A stretch of DNA of 64,000 nt from the NCBI GenBank assembly GCA_016223245.1, contig JACRPL010000006.1:21417-85416 (forward strand), written 5' to 3'. The stretch's first letter is position 1, and every line of letters begins with the position of its first letter. The notes under the pieces are model-generated. The model made no database searches, was not told the DNA's origin, and saw only the letters and a program-made list of their open reading frames with translations. The position numbers and the translations under genes were made by a program. The DNA comes from Candidatus Saganbacteria bacterium (GTDB taxonomy: Bacteria > Margulisbacteria > WOR-1 > XYC2-FULL-46-14 > XYC2-FULL-37-10). Shown in pieces: positions 9,420-18,750 of the stretch.

Positions 9420-10666
9420 CTATATAATGGGAACTCCAGGCATAGTTTCTTGACTTCTTCGCGGATCTCTTTTTTCTTGGTTTCGTTTTCTTTATTTTCG
9501 ATAGCGCGATCTATGAATTCGGCTATCTTTTTCATTTGAGGCTCTTTCATACCGCGAGTAGTTATGGCAGGCGTCCCAACCCTGATACCGGATGTTACAA
9601 ACGGTTTTTCGGGATCAAAAGGTATTGTATTTTTGTTTATAGTAATGCCCACTTCGTCCAAGACCTTTTCGGCTTCTTTTCCGGTAACCTTCTTTACCCT
9701 AAGGTCTACAAGCATTAGATGGTTATCGGTACCGCCTGACACAAGCCGGAAGCCGTTTGCCGTAAGCTCTGTTGCCAAAACTTTAGCATTTTTAACGATC
9801 TGTTCCTGGTATTTTTTAAATTCAGGAGTTGAAGCTTCTTTGAAGGCGACAGCTTTTGCCGCAATAATATGCATTAGAGGTCCGCCTTGGTTGCCGGGGA
9901 ATACAGCTTTGTCTATCTTTTGGGCGTAATCGGCTTTGCACATGATCATGCCGCCCCTTGGGCCCCGCAAAGTCTTATGGGTTGTCGTGGTTACAATTTC
10001 TGCAACAGGAACAGGCGATGGATGAAGACCCGCAACAACGAGTCCCGCAATGTGAGCTATATCAACCATCAATAATGCGCCGACTTCTTTTGCGATTTCA
10101 CTGAACTTTTTAAAATCGATTATTCTGGGATAAGCTGTTGCGCCTGTAACGATCATTTTGGGCTTATGTTCGTGCGCTAATTTTCTTAATTCATCGTAAT
10201 CGATGGTTTCTGTTTCTTTATTTACGCCATAGGGAACGAATTTAAAATATGTGCCGGAGATATTAACAGAGCTTCCATGAGTTAAATGGCCGCCGTGAGA
10301 AAGATTTAATCCTAATACAGTATCTCCATAGTTTAAGCAGGCAAAGTATGCTTCCATGTTGGCTTGGGATCCCGAATGAGGCTGGACATTGGCATGATCC
10401 GCCCCAAAAAGTTTTTTCGCTCTCTCTCTCGCCAAGTCTTCCGCAATATCGACATATTGGCATCCGCCGTAATATCGTTTGCCGGGATATCCTTCGGCAT
10501 ACTTGTTTGTCATGACAGACCCTGCGGCTTCCATAACTGCGCGGGAAGTGAAATTTTCGGATGCTATCAATTCGAGATGGGTTTGCTGGCGGTCAAATTC
10601 TAAATCAAAAGCTTTTGCAATCTCCGGGTCGAATTTGCGGATATTTTCCAGGTCGAAATGTTGCAT
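9416..10666 (-). CDS. glyA: Serine hydroxymethyltransferase
   Basis: [34 protein letters not shown]; start placed at ATG 10666 behind an AAGGA RBS. Confidence 0.97.
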   Translation of the reverse strand: MQHFDLENIRKFDPEIAKAFDLEFDRQQTHLELIASENFTSRAVMEAAGSVMTNKYAEGYPGKRYYGGCQYVDIAEDLARERAKKLFGADHANVQPHSGSQANMEAYFACLNYGDTVLGLNLSHGGHLTHGSSVNISGTYFKFVPYGVNKETETIDYDELRKLAHEHKPKMIVTGATAYPRIIDFKKFSEIAKEVGALLMVDIAHIAGLVVAGLHPSPVPVAEIVTTTTHKTLRGPRGGMIMCKADYAQKIDKAVFPGNQGGPLMHIIAAKAVAFKEASTPEFKKYQEQIVKNAKVLATELTANGFRLVSGGTDNHLMLVDLRVKKVTGKEAEKVLDEVGITINKNTIPFDPEKPFVTSGIRVGTPAITTRGMKEPQMKKIAEFIDRAIENKENETKKKEIREEVKKLCLEFPLYR

Positions 10667-10679
10667 TGTTATTTCCTTA

Positions 10680-10895
10680 TTATTTACTCGATAAGACAAA
10701 TTCAACTGGAATTTTGCTTATTTTCCCGCCGATGGGGAGATAGTTTAATATTTCAAAACCTAACAAATTCCCTTTTTTATCTTTTTTAAGTATGATCTCC
10801 TTGCCGGTTTCTTCATTTATGGTTTTTTGCGGTTTTTTTAGCCAGATATCCAACGTATTTCCGACTTCATCATACATAATTCTTATTTTTTCCAT
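10680..10895 (-). CDS. DUF2283-like protein (putative antitoxin)
   Basis: [10 protein letters not shown]...[17 protein letters not shown] pattern; overlaps the upstream small ORF. Confidence 0.78.
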   Translation of the reverse strand: MEKIRIMYDEVGNTLDIWLKKPQKTINEETGKEIILKKDKKGNLLGFEILNYLPIGGKISKIPVEFVLSSK

Positions 10896-11197
10896 ACTAT
10901 TTCACCCTCTTTGATATTTTTTGTCAAATAAGCCGTAATAATAAATCCTTCGCCATTCAAATGCTTTACTACAACGCAATAATAATAATTCCCTGATTTT
11001 TTGTAATATAAATAAACCGATCTATCTTTTAAGCTCCTCCTGATTTCAACGGGATGTTTTATCGATTCAATAACCTCTTTTTCTTTCCCGTCTATTTCCG
11101 GATGTTTTATTTTTGTTATTAGATTCCAGTGTTGTGAATTTGTTCTTATCAAACAGCCAAGCGCCGAATTAATTTCGAATTTAATTTTTTCCCACAT
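10883..11197 (-). CDS. DUF4258/RelE-like small nuclease (putative toxin)
   Basis: HW..I..KHPEI...VYLYYK...CVVVKHLNGEGFIITAY pattern; paired with a DUF2283-like gene. Confidence 0.72.
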   Translation of the reverse strand: MWEKIKFEINSALGCLIRTNSQHWNLITKIKHPEIDGKEKEVIESIKHPVEIRRSLKDRSVYLYYKKSGNYYYCVVVKHLNGEGFIITAYLTKNIKEGEIVWKK

Positions 11198-11208
11198 TAT
11201 CGTGATTT

Positions 11209-11237
11209 ATTCTAACATAAAATAATTTGTGCGTCAA
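11209..11237 (-). promoter_or_regulatory. Sigma-70 promoter for the toxin-antitoxin/glyA/ftsEX run
   Basis: Minus strand TTGACG-N17-TAGAAT with TG extension. Confidence 0.7.
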
Positions 11238-11270
11238 AAAAACAAAGCTCCGATGTTGCGTCGGAGCCTT
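11236..11270 (-). terminator. Rho-independent terminator after the lipoprotein gene
   Basis: Minus strand GCTCCGACG caa CATCGGAGC followed by TTTGTTTTTTT. Confidence 0.75.
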
Positions 11271-11298
11271 ACATGACAAGAACAATGCTTATCTGCGG

Positions 11299-12399
11299 CT
11301 ATAAGGTTATAATGAAATACTGCAGCATTTTTTCCATATCGGCAGTTACAAGGCTTTCTTGCGCCTCATTATGGAACGTGGTATAGACAACTGTGCCTTT
11401 AGAAGCGCCTGCTGGCTTGAATTGAACTGCAAGCGGCTTGTCTGACACCGTTCCTGATGCAGAAATTCCGGATGCAATTCTTACTGACTCACTTAAAACG
11501 TTGGCAGAAGAACCGGAAATTGTCGGACTTCCACGAAGAAGCACGGCAGTATCCGTCCCTTCTCCTGAAATAACAACCCAGCCGCCTAAATCATAATAAA
11601 TGCTTATCGTAGATTTGCCTAAAACATTATTTATTAAGTTCGAATCAATAACAGTAGCTTCAACTGTTTTTGATCCCGTGCCGACTTTGGCCGCAGAAAT
11701 AGATTCAGCGGTCGCCGTAGCAGTAGAATCGCTGCCATAAAAGTCGATCGCACTTGGCCATAAGGGTTCTACGAAAGCAGCTGCCCAGTCAGAAGCATAA
11801 AGGGATTTTCCTGCGACCTCCACGAAGTTTTTTAAGTTAGTTTCAGCAGTCGAAGTAAAATTGGAAGTGGAAGCCCCGCAATTAATGAAAATTGCCTCAA
11901 AAGTGCTTATGAAGGCATAATTTGCCAAATCCGAAACTTCTATGGTTGTATAAGTAAAACCTAATTTTGTAATTATATTTTCAATTGTATCATAAGATCC
12001 TTTTATTACGGCAATATCTTTTGGAGCAGTTAAATTGGCTGGAGTAAAAGTGGTTTCAGAAGTAGCAACATTTACCGTTGTGCCGGATTCGAGAGTGACG
12101 GTGAAATCGATTTTCCAAGATCCTGATTCGACCGTCACTATTTTTGTGACAGAGGCTGAAGTTACAGGGACATTTAATGTGTAAGAGCCATCAGATTTTG
12201 TAAAAGTTTCAATAATAGATCCTGTTGTCCAAACTTTGACCCCTCCAAGAGGAGTAGTCCCGTTCGCAGCATAAACGATCCCTTTTACAACGCAGGTTGC
12301 TGTTGTTTCATTAACCTTGGCACATCCCACCGTTAACACAGAAATCCCAAATCCAAAAACCAAGATCCAAATCAAAATCCCAAATCTAAATCTTTTCAT
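11299..12399 (-). CDS. Lipoprotein with carboxypeptidase-regulatory-like beta domain and glutamine-amidotransferase-like domain
   Basis: Lipobox LTVGC; GIVYAANGTTPLGGVKV...TKSDGSYTL; IFINCG...LYASDWA...GTVVYTTFHNE; start at 12399 behind AAGGAG. Confidence 0.75.
   Translation of the reverse strand: MKRFRFGILIWILVFGFGISVLTVGCAKVNETTATCVVKGIVYAANGTTPLGGVKVWTTGSIIETFTKSDGSYTLNVPVTSASVTKIVTVESGSWKIDFTVTLESGTTVNVATSETTFTPANLTAPKDIAVIKGSYDTIENIITKLGFTYTTIEVSDLANYAFISTFEAIFINCGASTSNFTSTAETNLKNFVEVAGKSLYASDWAAAFVEPLWPSAIDFYGSDSTATATAESISAAKVGTGSKTVEATVIDSNLINNVLGKSTISIYYDLGGWVVISGEGTDTAVLLRGSPTISGSSANVLSESVRIASGISASGTVSDKPLAVQFKPAGASKGTVVYTTFHNEAQESLVTADMEKMLQYFIITL
12341..12392 (+). repeat. Degenerate 6/7-mer array (CAAATC/CAAATCC) encoding the lipoprotein signal peptide
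   Basis: gaaatcc caaatcc aaaaac caagatc caaatc aaaatcc caaatc taaatc; minus strand translates RFRFGILIWILVFGFGIS. Confidence 0.55.
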
Positions 12400-12409
12400 G
12401 TTCTTCTCC

Positions 12410-13057
12410 TTATAAATAATATCTGTAGCCAGCGTCAACCCGAAGCCCTAACCCAGTATTATAGCCTAATCCAACTTGAACAGGCCCCATCTTTGTACCG
12501 CCTACGATGCCAAATCCTATTCCGCTCTTGATAACTCCAGAAAGCCCGGGGACGTTTGTCACATCTTTTGAATAACCAGCGTAAGCAAGCTCAAGTCCGA
12601 CATTGAAATTGCCTATTGGGTAAAGTACTTTTGCGCCGGCATCAATTATGCCGAAACCGCTGCCCATAGCATAACCGATTTCGCCGCCAAGAAAAACAGG
12701 TCCCATCGGCATTAGATAATCTGCCGCAAAAAGCGCCGCTCCTCCTGCTAATCCACCCTTTAGGGTTAAAGATCTTGCGGATTTTTCAACTATTTGCACT
12801 TTTGTGATCTCAAGCTTTAATTGCGAATCGGCAGGAAGTTCCTTCTTTAACTCTTCGATCTTGGCTTGATGCCCCTTAATTGTTTTATTCATGCGTGCGA
12901 TCTGCGTCTTGTTTTTTGTATTCGATAATTTTGATTGGAGCGCGGTGATCTCGCTTTGGAGCTTATCTATCTTTTCTTGAGCAGTCGCGGCGAAAGCCTG
13001 TACAGATAAGAAGCAAATGAACCCGGATAAAACGATCAAAGTAATTGTTTTTTTCAT
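12410..13057 (-). CDS. Secreted protein: N-terminal coiled coil plus probable outer-membrane beta-barrel
   Basis: Signal peptide ending QAFA, heptad-rich segment, Gly/aromatic alternating strands ending DAGYRYYL. Confidence 0.72.
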   Translation of the reverse strand: MKKTITLIVLSGFICFLSVQAFAATAQEKIDKLQSEITALQSKLSNTKNKTQIARMNKTIKGHQAKIEELKKELPADSQLKLEITKVQIVEKSARSLTLKGGLAGGAALFAADYLMPMGPVFLGGEIGYAMGSGFGIIDAGAKVLYPIGNFNVGLELAYAGYSKDVTNVPGLSGVIKSGIGFGIVGGTKMGPVQVGLGYNTGLGLRVDAGYRYYL

Positions 13058-13081
13058 TAGATAACCACCTCTATTCGTTAC

Positions 13082-13132
13082 AGCTTATAGATATTTTTTT
13101 TACTTGTCAAGCCGGAGTTTCAAAGTTATAAT
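13082..13132. promoter_or_regulatory. Divergent sigma-70 promoters with overlapping -35 boxes
   Basis: Plus strand TTGTCA(13104)-N17-TATAAT(13127); minus strand TTGACA(13110)-N17-TAAGCT(13087). Confidence 0.65.
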
Positions 13133-13138
13133 GCCTCC

Positions 13139-13450
13139 ATGCCAAAAAAAGAAAAAAACGAAAATGATATCGAAAATGAGATGGAAGAAGTATTTTCTGA
13201 AGCCTCCGAATCGTGCCAAGCCTGCGGCGGCGTGCTAAAGGCCGAAAAAGTCAACCTTGAGGAGTTTGAAAATGGCAAGCTTTATTTAATGGAAAACGTT
13301 TCCGCATACATTTGCGAAGGATGCGGAGAGATGTGGGTGCCGGAACCGACCCTTATTGAGTTTGAAAAGATGATGGATACGGCAAAAGAATATCAAGACG
13401 GAAAGGCTCCTCTCAAAAAAGCTACCCACAGGGTCAAGCGGCGCAAATAA
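13139..13450 (+). CDS. YgiT/MqsA-type zinc-finger protein
   Basis: CQACGG...MENVSAYICEGCGE. Confidence 0.8.
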   Translation: MPKKEKNENDIENEMEEVFSEASESCQACGGVLKAEKVNLEEFENGKLYLMENVSAYICEGCGEMWVPEPTLIEFEKMMDTAKEYQDGKAPLKKATHRVKRRK

Positions 13451-13460
13451 TCGTTAGCTA

Positions 13461-15281
13461 TTAATTAACAGTAAATGGCACTACATCCGTAATGATCTTG
13501 CCGGCTGTTGATTTTTCAGATGAAGCTGTTGCGCTTGTGATCAATTGTTCAACCACGTATGATGTATTGTTGGTCATGTCGTATACGTCAAAATACAGCA
13601 AACTCGACAACGGGTTAAAGTTAAAGCTGTAGATTATTACGCTTGATTTGCTCGATGTCATATCTACCGGGCTAGTTGAAACGCTTGTAAGGTCGTTGCG
13701 AAGTATCTTGCTTTCTCCGCCGTTGTTCGCTAGATAGATCAAATAATCCCCGTAAGCGCGGGCCTTATTGATCGTCCTGTATTTTGAGTGCCTGGAAAAT
13801 GCTTCGATGCTCGGCTCTCCGCTTGAGTTCACTATCCTGTAAATCCTGTCGCCCTTGACGGCCGATGTCCCCGAAGACCAGCTGTCCAATTTTAATATGG
13901 CGTATAATGATCCATTGTCAGCGAGGACCAATTGTTTTGCCCAGCCGAAATTGACCCCCTGAAGGCCGTTGGCTATTTTCCATTCGTTTTTTGTTGTGCC
14001 TGCCAAGTGCGCATTTACTTCAACGCTTATTTTATCGGCAATATTTGAAACCCAAGCGCCATGGACGGATTCGCCGGTACCGGTAATGTTCATCGCTTCA
14101 AATGTTAAACCGCCTAAGGTATCGGTGGTCGTTGAAAAATATTTTTCCCTGATGAAATTGCGTACAGTTTCTTCCGAAACTCCGCTTTCAAGGGACAGAG
14201 GAAGGGATGTGCCTCCCCAGCTATCCTGTTTGAAAAATCTTTTTTGCTCGGTCCCATCCCAGTAGCCATAAAGTATTTGGTTTGATATTGTCCTTGAATC
14301 GTCCCATGCGTTCGAATCATCATATAACGACTTGACCGACGTGATCTTCCCCGTCGTATCAAGCTTGACTTGTATGATGCCGGAATATTTCAAGAAATTG
14401 TCATTTTGGTCTTTTATCTGTAGATTTGTGCCGACCAATATAATGCTGTTATTGCTTGGCACATAATAGTATGACCTAAGCCATCCGGTGTAGCCGTCGT
14501 TATAGAAAATACTTTTGACCGAATTGTTGTAGATCAGGCGCAGCCATTCGATGCTCCAATTCCCGGCATCGGACCCGTGAAAAAGAACGAACCCGTTCGG
14601 GCAAACATAAAAATCCCTGACAGCCATCTGGCTGTTCCCGATCTGCGAAAGTACTCCTGCCGGCGTCTTTTTCTTGAGGACTGTTGTCCCGCCGCCCGAA
14701 CCCTGCGCGGTGCCGAGATAATAAAGGTTCCCGTCATTATCCCATTGTACTTGTTTTACAGGAAGATCACCATTGTTTGAATCCCCGTACCATGTGCCAA
14801 CGCCATTAAGGGTATCATCGACTGATTCAGTCGTGCCGGTTGGATATATCCTAAAGAAAGCTATTTGCCTTCCGCGGGATTCTGATGTTGAAGAGTCTTG
14901 GATCCAAACGCCCCATTGGAAACCGACGTAAAGCGAACCATCCGGGCTTTTTTCAATTACGGAAATTGGAGGGCGGGAACCAGACGGCAGATTCAATATT
15001 GATGAAAACTCTCCCGAAGCGGTTAATTTCAAAAGGTCAGTTACGTTGGCGACCAGCGCTTTAACGTCTTTTGCCAGGGCTAAACCGCTCGTTCCAGTTG
15101 ATGCGGCAGAAACAATCGCTTTAGCTCCTGAAACATCAAAAAGATTTGATACTTTAACGGAAGAAGATTGATCCCCTCCGCCGTATGAACCTTTTTGTTC
15201 GCCACAGCCAGCCACTAGCGTGGCAATGACCAATGACCAAATCCCAATGACCAACAAAGAATAGTAATAATTTTTTTTCAT
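13461..15281 (-). CDS. Lipoprotein, probable beta-propeller-like fold, function unknown
   Basis: 606 aa, lipobox LVAGC, GGAGG RBS, SPDGSLYV/DNDGNLYY/DNGSLYA blade-like motifs. Confidence 0.8.
   Translation of the reverse strand: MKKNYYYSLLVIGIWSLVIATLVAGCGEQKGSYGGGDQSSSVKVSNLFDVSGAKAIVSAASTGTSGLALAKDVKALVANVTDLLKLTASGEFSSILNLPSGSRPPISVIEKSPDGSLYVGFQWGVWIQDSSTSESRGRQIAFFRIYPTGTTESVDDTLNGVGTWYGDSNNGDLPVKQVQWDNDGNLYYLGTAQGSGGGTTVLKKKTPAGVLSQIGNSQMAVRDFYVCPNGFVLFHGSDAGNWSIEWLRLIYNNSVKSIFYNDGYTGWLRSYYYVPSNNSIILVGTNLQIKDQNDNFLKYSGIIQVKLDTTGKITSVKSLYDDSNAWDDSRTISNQILYGYWDGTEQKRFFKQDSWGGTSLPLSLESGVSEETVRNFIREKYFSTTTDTLGGLTFEAMNITGTGESVHGAWVSNIADKISVEVNAHLAGTTKNEWKIANGLQGVNFGWAKQLVLADNGSLYAILKLDSWSSGTSAVKGDRIYRIVNSSGEPSIEAFSRHSKYRTINKARAYGDYLIYLANNGGESKILRNDLTSVSTSPVDMTSSKSSVIIYSFNFNPLSSLLYFDVYDMTNNTSYVVEQLITSATASSEKSTAGKIITDVVPFTVN
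15224..15264 (+). repeat. CAATGAC/CAAATCC heptamer array encoding a signal peptide
   Basis: caatgac caatgac caaatcc caatgac caacaaa gaatag; near-identical to 28183-28223. Confidence 0.8.
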
Positions 15282-15309
15282 ATTCTTACCTCCGTTAATA
15301 CATCCGATG

Positions 15310-15354
15310 GAATAATACTCATAGAATAATACTCATAGTATGTGAAATTGTCAA
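15310..15354 (-). promoter_or_regulatory. Sigma-70 promoter with a 14-bp tandem duplication over the -10 box
   Basis: Minus strand TTGACA-N17-TATTAT; GAATAATACTCATA occurs twice (15310-15323, 15324-15337). Confidence 0.65.
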
Positions 15355-15361
15355 GGAAGAT

Positions 15362-15390
15362 TTGACTTTTTTTTGCGCGCTTGATAAAAT
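15362..15390 (+). promoter_or_regulatory. Sigma-70 promoter upstream of the degP remnant and guaB-guaA
   Basis: TTGACT-N17-TAAAAT with TG extension. Confidence 0.65.
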
Positions 15391-15435
15391 AACCAACAAT
15401 TTACAAAAACATCAAGAAGGGAGAGGTGTATATTA

Positions 15436-16056
15436 TTGAAAATCAAAATTAAATTGTTATGCCTTTATTGCTTCATAATGCTAGTCCAAGCCCTTTCGCT
15501 TAATGTGGCGGCCGCTCCCGCAATCCTCGAGGAAAAAGTTCCGGGGCAGAACGGCTGCAATACTATTGCCGATGTCGTTGAAAAAGTTGGCAATGCCGTT
15601 GTAAATATTGACGTCGTTAAAATGCAAAAGACCAGGTTCATCAACCCCTTTTCTGGTTTTGTAAAAGATTTTGGCTTCGGGTTTGATTTCGATCCGCGCT
15701 TCAAGAATTTTTTTGAAGACAAGATCATACCCCAAAAAGGAGAAGTCATCGGCGTTAATGTTGCGATCGTCGCGCAAGCGCAAGGTATAGGCTTTGCTAT
15801 TCCAATTAATTCCGCAAAAGAGGTACTGCAAGACCTTAGGATTCGCCCGCTGCCCAAATGGGGTTTAAACAATACGATGTCATAAAACAAGTGAATGGGG
15901 AAAAGGTCAAAACTTCAGATGAGGTACAAAAGATCGTTTCACAGTTAAAGCCAAACAGTGAAAGAAATAAGTATGGTAATATACAGGGACGGAAAAAATT
16001 ATTCAATTAAGGGGAAATTAGGCGAAAGGCCCGAACAAGTCGACGAAAAGGAGTAA
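15436..16056 (+). pseudogene. degP: DegP/HtrA protease remnant (catalytic core deleted, PDZ frameshifted)
   Basis: [15 protein letters not shown]...FFED..PQKG joined directly to [20 protein letters not shown]; PDZ fragments [23 protein letters not shown] and KEISMVIYRDGK..LGERP lie in shifted frames. Confidence 0.88.
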
Positions 16057-16061
16057 ACAAT

Positions 16062-17201
16062 ATGGCAGAATTCAGGCGCGCATACGGATTTGACGAGATA
16101 TCGCTTGCCCCGTCAATTATAACGATCAACCCGGATGATACGGATGTTTCGGTTGAGATCGGCAAAAAGAAGTTCCAGATCCCGATCATCGCTTCCGCGA
16201 TGGACGGAGTTATGAGCCCCAAAACTGCCGTCCTAATGAGCAAGCTTGGAGGATTGGGCGTTCTTAATCTCCAAGGCGTTTGGACGCGCTACGAAAACGC
16301 CGAAAAAGTATTGGAACAAATAGCTTCCGTCAGCCGCGAGGAATATGTCCCGCTAATGCAAAAACTTTATCTTGAACCGGTCAAAAAAGACCTTATCGGA
16401 AAAAGAATTAAGGAGATAAAAGCCGCCGGCGGGATCGCTGCGGTATCATCTATCCCGCAAGATGCCATCGAATTTGGTACTATCGCACGCGATGCAGGCG
16501 TTGATATTTTTGTCGTCCAATCGACCGTCCTTTCGACAAAACACAAATCAAAGACATCCGAGCCTTTGGACCTAAAAAAATTCTGCCATGAGATGAAAGT
16601 GCCGGTGATCGTCGGAAATTGTGTTACATACGAAGTAGCATTAACGCTTATGGGTACAGGTGTTGCGGCAGTTTTAGTCGGGATCGGGCCCGGCGCCGCC
16701 TGCACCTCGCGCGGGGTTTTAGGCGTCGGAGTGCCGATGGCCACGGCTATTGCCGATTGCGCCGCGGCGCGCGACGCTTACTATAAAGAGAACAATATTT
16801 ATATTCCAATCATCGCAGATGGCGGTATGGCAGTGTCGGGCGATATGTGCAAGGCTATAGCTTGCGGTGCGGATGCCGTTATGATCGGGTCACCGATCGC
16901 AAAAGCTTCCGAAGCTCCTGGCTGCGGATTCCATTGGGGCATGGCGACGCCGTCGCCTACACTTCCTCGAGGATCAAGGATAAAAGTCGGAACGATCGGT
17001 TCATTAAAAGAGATATTGCACGGCCCTGCAAAATTCGATGACGGATCGATGAATTTTATTGGAGCCCTTCGGACATCTATGGGAACATTGGGCGCAGTAA
17101 ACATCCGCGAGATGCAGCAAGTTGAGGTTGTGATCGCTCCTTCGATCTTAACCGAAGGAAAAGTTTACCAAAAAGCTCAGTCTCTTGGCATGTACAAATG
17201 A
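16062..17201 (+). CDS. guaB: IMP dehydrogenase, GuaB3 type lacking CBS domains
   Basis: RAYGFDEI, ASAMDGV, GIGPGAACTSR, IADGG, HWGMAT; adjacent to guaA. Confidence 0.92.
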   Translation: MAEFRRAYGFDEISLAPSIITINPDDTDVSVEIGKKKFQIPIIASAMDGVMSPKTAVLMSKLGGLGVLNLQGVWTRYENAEKVLEQIASVSREEYVPLMQKLYLEPVKKDLIGKRIKEIKAAGGIAAVSSIPQDAIEFGTIARDAGVDIFVVQSTVLSTKHKSKTSEPLDLKKFCHEMKVPVIVGNCVTYEVALTLMGTGVAAVLVGIGPGAACTSRGVLGVGVPMATAIADCAAARDAYYKENNIYIPIIADGGMAVSGDMCKAIACGADAVMIGSPIAKASEAPGCGFHWGMATPSPTLPRGSRIKVGTIGSLKEILHGPAKFDDGSMNFIGALRTSMGTLGAVNIREMQQVEVVIAPSILTEGKVYQKAQSLGMYK

Positions 17202-18748
17202 GTAAACACGATCTGATCGTTGTCCTCGATTTCGGCGCGCAATACTCGATGCTCATAGCCCGCCGCGTCCGCGAATGCAATGTATACTGCGAAATTCTCC
17301 CTTACAACACAACAGTTGAAGAGCTAAAAAAACGAAATGTTAAGGGTATTATCCTTTCCGGCGGCCCATCTTCCGTTTACGAGAAAAACGCCCCCCATCC
17401 TGATCCAAACATTTTCAAAAGCGGCATACCGATCTTAGGTATATGTTATGGCGTACAGCTAATCGGAAAAGCTTTTGGCGGTGAAGTAAAAGAAGGATCG
17501 ATCAAAGAATACGGGAAAACACAATTAACGATCAATGATGAAGTAAATCTTTTTGCGGGGCTTCCGAACGAGATACAAACTTGGATGAGCCATGGCGATT
17601 CGGTTGTAAAGTTGCCTGATGGTTTTGTAGGCTTAGGACATACGGAGCACACTCAAAATGCGGCGATCGGCGACCATACAAGAAAAATATACGGCGTCCA
17701 ATTCCATCCTGAAGTTGTCCATACGCCGCAAGGCTTCGAAATAATAAAAAATTTCGTATATATTGTATCCGATTGCAAACCGACATGGACTACCGCTAAT
17801 TTCATTGACCAATCCGTAAAAGAGATACAGGCGACACTTGGTAAAGAAAGAATTTTATGCGCGCTGTCGGGCGGCGTTGATTCAACAACGGTTGCGGCTC
17901 TTGTCCACAAAGCCGTTGGCGAACAATTGACTTGCATGTTCATCGATCAAGGGTTTATGCGAAAGAACGAAGCCAAAAAGATCGAAGAGTTATTTACCTC
18001 AAAATTTAAGATCCATTTCATCCACATTAATGCATCAGAACGATTCTATGAGAAATTAAAAGGGATTTCGGACCCAGAAGAAAAACGCCATCGAATTGGC
18101 AACGAATTCATTCGTGTATTCGAAGAAGAAGCAAAAAAACTTGGACATCTACCATATTTGGCGCAAGGAACGCTTTACCCTGATGTTATTGAATCAGCGG
18201 TACCCGGACTTTCTGCTACGACCGCAGTTCGAATTAAAACGCATCATAATGTCGGCGGATTGCCAAAAGATATCAAATTTAAACTAATAGAGCCATTAAA
18301 GAAGCTATTTAAAGATGAAGTTAGAGCGCTTGGCCGCGATCTTGGAGTTCCGGATGAAATAATATCCCGCCAGCCATTCCCTGGCCCTGGCCTTGCGATA
18401 AGGATTATTGGCGAGGTTACAAAAGAAAGAGTTAAGATATTGCAAGATGTTGACGATATAGTCGTTTCTGAGATCAAAGCCGCCGGATATTATAAAAAAG
18501 TTTGGCAATCTTTTGGCGTTTTGCTTCCTATTAGAACAGTTGGGGTTATGGGTGATAAGCGTACTTATTTGAACACAGTTGCTATCCGATCGGTCACATC
18601 TACCGATGCAATGACGGCCGATTGGTCAAAATTGCCATATGAACTTCTTGAAAAGATGTCTAGCAGGATCATTAATGAATGCCCTGAAATTAACCGCGTA
18701 GTTTACGATATTTCCTCAAAACCGCCTTCGACTATCGAGTGGGAATAG
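17198..18748 (+). CDS. guaA: GMP synthase (glutamine-hydrolysing)
   Basis: DFGAQY, GICYG, QFHPEV, SGGVDS, KPPSTIEWE. Confidence 0.98.
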   Translation: MSKHDLIVVLDFGAQYSMLIARRVRECNVYCEILPYNTTVEELKKRNVKGIILSGGPSSVYEKNAPHPDPNIFKSGIPILGICYGVQLIGKAFGGEVKEGSIKEYGKTQLTINDEVNLFAGLPNEIQTWMSHGDSVVKLPDGFVGLGHTEHTQNAAIGDHTRKIYGVQFHPEVVHTPQGFEIIKNFVYIVSDCKPTWTTANFIDQSVKEIQATLGKERILCALSGGVDSTTVAALVHKAVGEQLTCMFIDQGFMRKNEAKKIEELFTSKFKIHFIHINASERFYEKLKGISDPEEKRHRIGNEFIRVFEEEAKKLGHLPYLAQGTLYPDVIESAVPGLSATTAVRIKTHHNVGGLPKDIKFKLIEPLKKLFKDEVRALGRDLGVPDEIISRQPFPGPGLAIRIIGEVTKERVKILQDVDDIVVSEIKAAGYYKKVWQSFGVLLPIRTVGVMGDKRTYLNTVAIRSVTSTDAMTADWSKLPYELLEKMSSRIINECPEINRVVYDISSKPPSTIEWE

Positions 18749-18750
18749 AC

